This document shows positions 47,152-52,175 of a stretch of 52,175 nt of DNA, piece by piece. The stretch covers positions 1 to 52,175 of the forward strand of contig CAZHPZ010000004.1 in NCBI GenBank assembly GCA_964534905.1, read 5' to 3'. Below the pieces are notes generated by a model that searched no databases, was not told the DNA's origin, and worked only from the letters and a program-made list of their open reading frames with translations. Every line of letters starts with the position of its first letter. The first letter of the stretch is position 1. Both the position numbers and the translations under genes were made by a program. This DNA comes from an uncultured Lachnospiraceae bacterium. GTDB taxonomy: Bacteria > Bacillota > Clostridia > Oscillospirales > CAG-272.

Positions 47152-48465
47152 TTGTCTTTATTCAATCTTCCGGGAGTTATTCTCCCTCATAAAAAAAGCA
47201 CTGCAAATTCTGCACCTGTTGTTATGCCATCGCCTCAAAGCGTTTTAATACCGCTTTCGATGCACATCGGTGCACCGGCAACTCCTATCGTAAAATCAGG
47301 AGATCTTGTTACGGTAGGTCAGGTGATTGCAGAAGAAAGCGGATATGTTTCGGCGAAGATACACTCAAGCATTTCCGGAAAGGTAAAAAGTACAGACACC
47401 GTTATTCTTTCAAACGGCAGAAAAATGTCTGCTGTTTTGATTGAAAATGACGGGCTCGATACACTCTGTAATAATATACGTCCAAGAGAGATAAATGATC
47501 TTTCGGATCTTATCGAAGCCGTAAAGGACAGCGGTATCGTCGGACTTGGAGGTGCGGGATTTCCTACCGCAGTTAAGCTGAACGTTAAACAGGTTGACGA
47601 AATAATAATTAACGGTGCGGAGTGCGAGCCGTATATTACAAGCGACACGCGCACTATGCTCGACAGAACAAGTGATATAGTATACGGATTATCACTTCTG
47701 CAAAAGTGTCTTGCTCCTGAGAGAATAATATTCGGAATTGAAAAAAACAAGCCTGAATGTATTGAAAAAATCAGATCTGCTACATCTGAAATGAATAATG
47801 TTAATATTATTCCGCTCAAAGCTATGTATCCGCAAGGCGGAGAAAAGGTACTTGTTTATCACACTACGGGAAAAATTATAAAAGAAGGTAAGCTGCCTAT
47901 CGACGAAAGAGTCATAGTTATCAACTGCACGACACTTGCCGAAATTGCTTCATTTGTAAAAACAGGCATACCGCTCGTAAAAAAATGTATAACCGTCGAC
48001 GGAGGAGCGGTTTCCGAGCCTAAAAATATCATTGCCCCGATAGGAACAAGAATTTCCGATCTGATAGCATTTGCCGGAGGCACTCGCGAGGAGCCTCACA
48101 AAATACTTCTTGGCGGTCCTATGATGGGTGTTTGTGTAGAAAGTTCCGAAATGCCTGTAATGAAGAACACTAATGCCGTTCTCTTATTCAATAAGAAAGA
48201 GGCTGAGATACCGGAGCCAACCGCTTGTATAAAATGCGGTGCTTGCACAAGAGCCTGCCCTCTCGGACTTGATCCGAAAGCATTTGTTCAGGCTCTGCGC
48301 GCAAATGACGACGATGCTCTTATGTCCCTAAAGGCTAATATATGTATGGAATGCGGATGCTGCTCGTTCGTGTGCCCCGCAAAGCGTCAGCTTGTCCATA
48401 CCAATAAAATTGCAAAGGCAAAGGTTATGAAAATACTTAAAGAACGTAAGGAGGAGAAAAAATAA
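47152..48465 (+). CDS. rnfC: Rnf complex subunit C
   Basis: MHIGAP, GLGGAGFP, NGAECEPY, YPQGGE, GGPMMG and two 4Fe-4S motifs. TTG 47152 follows AAGGAGTG (ORF track starts at 47143). Confidence 0.96.
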   Translation: MSLFNLPGVILPHKKSTANSAPVVMPSPQSVLIPLSMHIGAPATPIVKSGDLVTVGQVIAEESGYVSAKIHSSISGKVKSTDTVILSNGRKMSAVLIENDGLDTLCNNIRPREINDLSDLIEAVKDSGIVGLGGAGFPTAVKLNVKQVDEIIINGAECEPYITSDTRTMLDRTSDIVYGLSLLQKCLAPERIIFGIEKNKPECIEKIRSATSEMNNVNIIPLKAMYPQGGEKVLVYHTTGKIIKEGKLPIDERVIVINCTTLAEIASFVKTGIPLVKKCITVDGGAVSEPKNIIAPIGTRISDLIAFAGGTREEPHKILLGGPMMGVCVESSEMPVMKNTNAVLLFNKKEAEIPEPTACIKCGACTRACPLGLDPKAFVQALRANDDDALMSLKANICMECGCCSFVCPAKRQLVHTNKIAKAKVMKILKERKEEKK

Positions 48466-49424
48466 TGAACGGTTTATTGACTGTATCTCCATCCCCTCAT
48501 ATAAGAGCTTCTCGCACAACCTCATCTATAATGAGGACTGTGCTCATAGCTCTTTTGCCGTCTGCGATAGCCGCAGTAATTCTTTACGGAATACGCGCTC
48601 TGCTTATTTTATCGGTAGCAAATATTTCGTGCGGACTGTTTGAATTTATTTGGTGCAAAGCAAGGAAGCAAAGGAACACCGTAAAGGATCTGTCTTGCTT
48701 TGTAACAGGAACCTTGCTTGCGCTTACACTTCCGGCAGGATTCGGCGAAATTAAAAATCTTTGGATGATAGTATTTGGTAGTGCGGTAGCAATAATAGTT
48801 GTCAAGGAGCTTTTCGGAGGCATAGGATACAACTTTGCTAATCCTGCAATTACCGCAAGGATAGTAATGCTTGTATGCTTCCCGACTTTTATGACGGAAA
48901 CCATACACACAGGATTTACGGATATTGAAATCGCGTCCGGCGCAACACCTCTCGGAGATCTCGCTATGGGAAAAACTGATATACTTCCCTCTCTTTTGGA
49001 TATGCTACTCGGTAACCGTGCAGGTGCGATTGGTGAAGGCTGTTCAATAGCTATTATTATAGGTCTTATAATACTGCTTGCCACAAAAGTAATCACATGG
49101 CACATTCCGGTTGCCTTTATCGGTACGGTTGCTATATTTACGTTTTTAACGGGGGATTTTTCACTTTACATATCTGCGTTTAATATCCTTGCCGGCGGAC
49201 TTCTTCTCGGTGCCGTATTTATGGCTACCGATTATGTAACAAGCCCCGATACATCGCTCGGAAAGCTTATTTTCGGCATAGGCTGCGGTCTTATAACCGC
49301 TATAATCAGAGTTTACGGATCATATCCCGAGGGAGTATCATTTGCCATACTTCTTATGAACATACTAAATCCTTATATTATCAAACTTACACGCAACAAG
49401 CCATTTGGAGGTATAAAGGAATGA
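48465..49424 (+). CDS. rnfD: Rnf complex subunit D
   Basis: SPSPHI, FGGIGYNFANPA, SGATPL and FMATD motifs. Confidence 0.96.
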   Translation: MNGLLTVSPSPHIRASRTTSSIMRTVLIALLPSAIAAVILYGIRALLILSVANISCGLFEFIWCKARKQRNTVKDLSCFVTGTLLALTLPAGFGEIKNLWMIVFGSAVAIIVVKELFGGIGYNFANPAITARIVMLVCFPTFMTETIHTGFTDIEIASGATPLGDLAMGKTDILPSLLDMLLGNRAGAIGEGCSIAIIIGLIILLATKVITWHIPVAFIGTVAIFTFLTGDFSLYISAFNILAGGLLLGAVFMATDYVTSPDTSLGKLIFGIGCGLITAIIRVYGSYPEGVSFAILLMNILNPYIIKLTRNKPFGGIKE

Positions 49425-49942
49425 AAAATGATAATGTAAAATCAGTTGTAGTTCTTTTCGCCTGCTGCTTGATTGTTGCAGTGCTCCTTGCCGCAATAAA
49501 TCTCGTTACCGCTCCTATAATAGAGGAAAACAATCGTCTTGCGATACTTAATTCTCTTGAGGGACTTATAGAAAACGCGGATTTTGAGCCTATAGAAACG
49601 GACAGCTTACCTTCAAGTGTAACCAATGCTTTTGTGGATAAAAACGGTGGTGGATATGCCTTAATATTTACGGCAAAATCACAATATTCCTCGTCACCGA
49701 TGCAATTTTCGGTAGGTATCGGTAAAGACGGCAAAATAACCGCTATAAAGCAAATAACTTATATGGAATCCAAAAGCTTCGGCAATTATCCGGAAAGTTT
49801 TGTCGGTGCTAATCAATCCACAAGCTCCGAGGCTGAAGTATTCAGCGGAGTAACTTATTCATCAAACGCTTTTAAATCGGCGCTTAATGATGCATTTGAT
49901 GCATTTAATATCATTACGGAACAGGAGGAGAAAAATCAATGA
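49421..49942 (+). CDS. rnfG: Rnf complex subunit G (FMN-binding)
   Basis: N-terminal TM anchor, FSGVTYSS FMN-attachment motif and position in the operon. Confidence 0.88.
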   Translation: MKNDNVKSVVVLFACCLIVAVLLAAINLVTAPIIEENNRLAILNSLEGLIENADFEPIETDSLPSSVTNAFVDKNGGGYALIFTAKSQYSSSPMQFSVGIGKDGKITAIKQITYMESKSFGNYPESFVGANQSTSSEAEVFSGVTYSSNAFKSALNDAFDAFNIITEQEEKNQ

Positions 49943-50640
49943 GTAAGCTTCAGACATTGACAAAGGGTATAATTAAGGAAAACCCTGTTCTCGTCCTCGT
50001 TCTCGGCACATGTCCCACTCTTGCACTTACGACAAGCGTAATAAGCGCTGTCAGCATGGGATTTTCAACTCTTGCGGTGCTGATCTGCTCAAATATGGCG
50101 ATATCTGCTCTGAGAAATGTTATTTCCGACAAAATCCGAATCCCGGCATATATAGTTCTCATAGCCGGATTTGTAAGTGCAATACAGATGCTTCTTCAGG
50201 CATATGCACCGGACATATACAATATGCTCGGCGTATACCTTGCATTGATAGTCGTAAACTGCATAATACTCGGTCGTGCCGAAATGTTCGCCAACAAGAA
50301 CAATGTAGTTGATTCCGCTCTCGACGGAATAGGAATGGGACTCGGATTTACACTTACACTTTTCGTTATGAGCACAATACGCGAGGTTCTCGGAAATGCA
50401 AGCTTTGCCGGAATCGCAATTCCCTTTCTTGAACCCTATAAGCTTCCTATACTTGTAAGTGCTCCCGGAGGATTCTTTGTTTTCGGAATGTTGATCGCTC
50501 TTGTTTCGGTTATAACCAAGGGTAAATATCCCAAAAAGAAGAGCTTCTCATGTGAAGGCTGTCCCTCTGCGAGTGTATGCTCAAAGGCAACTGCAGGTGG
50601 CTGTAACGGCACCGAAGTCAATGAAAGTGAGGTGGTATAA
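49939..50640 (+). CDS. rnfE: Rnf complex subunit E
   Basis: ENPVLVLVLGTCPTLA, IVVNCIILGRAE and PGGF motifs. Confidence 0.96.
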   Translation: MSKLQTLTKGIIKENPVLVLVLGTCPTLALTTSVISAVSMGFSTLAVLICSNMAISALRNVISDKIRIPAYIVLIAGFVSAIQMLLQAYAPDIYNMLGVYLALIVVNCIILGRAEMFANKNNVVDSALDGIGMGLGFTLTLFVMSTIREVLGNASFAGIAIPFLEPYKLPILVSAPGGFFVFGMLIALVSVITKGKYPKKKSFSCEGCPSASVCSKATAGGCNGTEVNESEVV

Positions 50641-50642
50641 AT

Positions 50643-51239
50643 ATGATTAAAAATCTGATCATCATACTTATGTCATCCGTACTCGTTAACAACTACACGC
50701 TTTCCAAATTTCTCGGAATATGCCCGTTTTTAGGTGTTTCCAAGAAAACGGATCAGGCAACGGGAATGGGAATTGCAGTTACCGCGGTTATGGTCGTATC
50801 TACAATTGCCGCATGGCCGATCCAGAAGTTTATTCTCGATCCTCTCGGGCTCGGATATTTACAAACTATCGTATTCATTCTCGTTATAGCAACTCTTGTT
50901 CAGTTTGTTGAAATAGTACTTAAAAAATATATACCGTCTCTGCACAAATCTCTCGGTGTATATCTTCCCCTTATTACAACAAACTGTGCGGTACTCGGAG
51001 TAACTATAAACAACATTTCCGACGGATATAACTTCATAGAATCTATTTTCTCTGCGCTCGGATGCGGACTCGGATTTCTCCTGGCTATGATACTCTTTGC
51101 GGGAGTTAGAAGTGTTCTTGAGGGGAACGATAAAATTCCGAAATCCTTTAAGGGACTACCTATCACGCTTGTTGCCGCATCGATAGTTTCGCTCTCCTTT
51201 ATGGGATTCGGCGGCATAATTGAAAATCTGTTTGCCTAA
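50643..51239 (+). CDS. rnfA: Rnf complex subunit A
   Basis: FLGICPFLGVS and LGVYLPLITTNCAVLG motifs. Confidence 0.96.
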   Translation: MIKNLIIILMSSVLVNNYTLSKFLGICPFLGVSKKTDQATGMGIAVTAVMVVSTIAAWPIQKFILDPLGLGYLQTIVFILVIATLVQFVEIVLKKYIPSLHKSLGVYLPLITTNCAVLGVTINNISDGYNFIESIFSALGCGLGFLLAMILFAGVRSVLEGNDKIPKSFKGLPITLVAASIVSLSFMGFGGIIENLFA

Positions 51240-51250
51240 GGAGGAAGAAT

Positions 51251-52075
51251 ATGACTGCTATTTTAATTGCGGCGGCATTTGTCGCCAGTCTTGGAATTAT
51301 TTGCGCTGTTATTCTTGTTCTTGCGGCAAAATTTATGAATGTTCCGGTAGATGAAAGAATACCGAAGGTTCGCGAATGTCTTCCCGGTGCTAATTGCGGT
51401 GCTTGCGGATTTACAGGCTGTGACGGCTATGCAAAAGCACTTGTAGAGGATCCGACTATCAAATGCAATCTTTGCGTGCCGGGCGGAGATGCTACTGCTC
51501 AACGGCTCGGCGAAATCCTTGGCAAGGAGGTCGAGGATGTCGTCGAAATGGTTGCAGTTGTCAAATGTGACGGAAACTGCGCCGCTACAAAGCAAAGATT
51601 TGAATACAAGGGCGTTAAAACCTGCGAAGCAGCTAATATGTTTTACGGAGGTGCAGGTACGTGCTCATTCGGCTGTATCGGTCTTGGCGACTGTGCATCT
51701 GTTTGTCCGCAAAACGCAATTTGCATTGAAAATGGCGTTGCGGTAATCAGGCATGAGCTTTGCATCGGCTGCGGACTCTGTACTAAGGCGTGCCCACACC
51801 ATATAATAGACATAATTCCCGATATCAACAGAACGCTTGTGCTTTGTTCAAGTCACGACAAGGGTGCGATAACAAGAAAATTCTGTACAAACGGTTGTAT
51901 CGGTTGCGGAAAATGTGCAAAGACCTGTCCGAACGGTGCTATTAGTGTAGTCAATAATTTAGCCACAATAGATTATGATAAATGTACTAACTGCGGAGCT
52001 TGCAGAGATGTATGCCCAGTTCACTGCATAGTCGAAAAGGATATATCAGGAATACACAGAATTCCTAAAAGCTAA
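51251..52075 (+). CDS. rnfB: Rnf complex subunit B (polyferredoxin)
   Basis: LPGANCGACGFTGC and several CxxCxxCxxxCP clusters. Confidence 0.96.
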   Translation: MTAILIAAAFVASLGIICAVILVLAAKFMNVPVDERIPKVRECLPGANCGACGFTGCDGYAKALVEDPTIKCNLCVPGGDATAQRLGEILGKEVEDVVEMVAVVKCDGNCAATKQRFEYKGVKTCEAANMFYGGAGTCSFGCIGLGDCASVCPQNAICIENGVAVIRHELCIGCGLCTKACPHHIIDIIPDINRTLVLCSSHDKGAITRKFCTNGCIGCGKCAKTCPNGAISVVNNLATIDYDKCTNCGACRDVCPVHCIVEKDISGIHRIPKS

Positions 52076-52107
52076 AAAAGAAGCTTCCATACGGAAGCTT
52101 CTTTTTT
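52075..52107. terminator. Bidirectional terminator between rnf and rnpB
   Basis: AAAAAAGAAGCTTCC-ATAC-GGAAGCTTCTTTTTT. Confidence 0.85.
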
Positions 52108-52109
52108 GC

Positions 52110-52175
52110 AATCGTGTCTATAAGCCGGGTTCTGTCTTAAACGGTCATCTATCTTCGCTTACCGTCACCGATAAG
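52110..52175 (-). ncRNA. rnpB: RNase P RNA, 3' end (runs off the window)
   Basis: Minus strand ...GGTGACGGTAAGCGAAGATAGATGACCGTTTAAGACAGAACCCGGCTTATAGAC contains the conserved AGATGA and ACAGAACCCGGCTTA (CR-V) elements. Confidence 0.9.

Noticed and set aside
1-52175. Genome-wide UGA=Trp code, suggested by two Trp>TGA cases (2728 and 45075)
   Set aside because: Core genes (ymdB, galE, TSCPD, topoisomerase B, GH28) end in TGA at their expected C-termini, and long genes use TGG without interruption.
1-52175. CRISPR arrays, rRNA genes, IS transposases, prophage structural genes
   Set aside because: I saw no regularly spaced repeats, rRNA-like sequence, DDE transposase or phage ORFs.

Overview
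Low-GC chromosomal segment of an endospore-forming Clostridia-class Firmicute (spoIIID and spoVFA/B are present; an Oscillospirales-like placement is inference). The first ~4.9 kb is an accessory mosaic: a recombinase/RumA-tail junction, a CPA2 antiporter with TetR and a twin operator, decayed gene remnants, a solo tyrosine integrase and a flavodoxin-NUDIX fusion, ending at tRNA-Ser(CGA). Core genes follow: ymdB, a GT4, nucleotidyltransferase-galE-galM, a TrmH methylase, spoIIID, ispE, AI-2E, TSCPD, pgm and spoVFAB. Next is a cobalamin-riboswitch operon (DUF4430 lipoprotein, ECF S component) running on into alkD-like and WYL genes. A 13-kb, 13-gene pectin-oligosaccharide locus comes after it, whose ABC transporter has two ATPases and five unexplained membrane proteins, plus GH28 and GH105. 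The rest is murD-3xM42-ynbB-iscS, an unpaired type IIA topoisomerase B subunit, tRNA-Arg(ACG), an AT-rich two-gene insert, a XerC-like recombinase, the complete rnfCDGEAB operon with a Rex-like box, and the 3' end of RNase P RNA. In the insert, a secreted permuted NlpC/P60 gene is split by one in-frame TGA at a conserved Trp. Best candidates for novelty are the multi-subunit pectin ABC system, the TGA-interrupted enzyme with its partner membrane protein, and the palindrome-flanked cassette beside the solo integrase. All calls come from motif recognition by eye; no searches were run.
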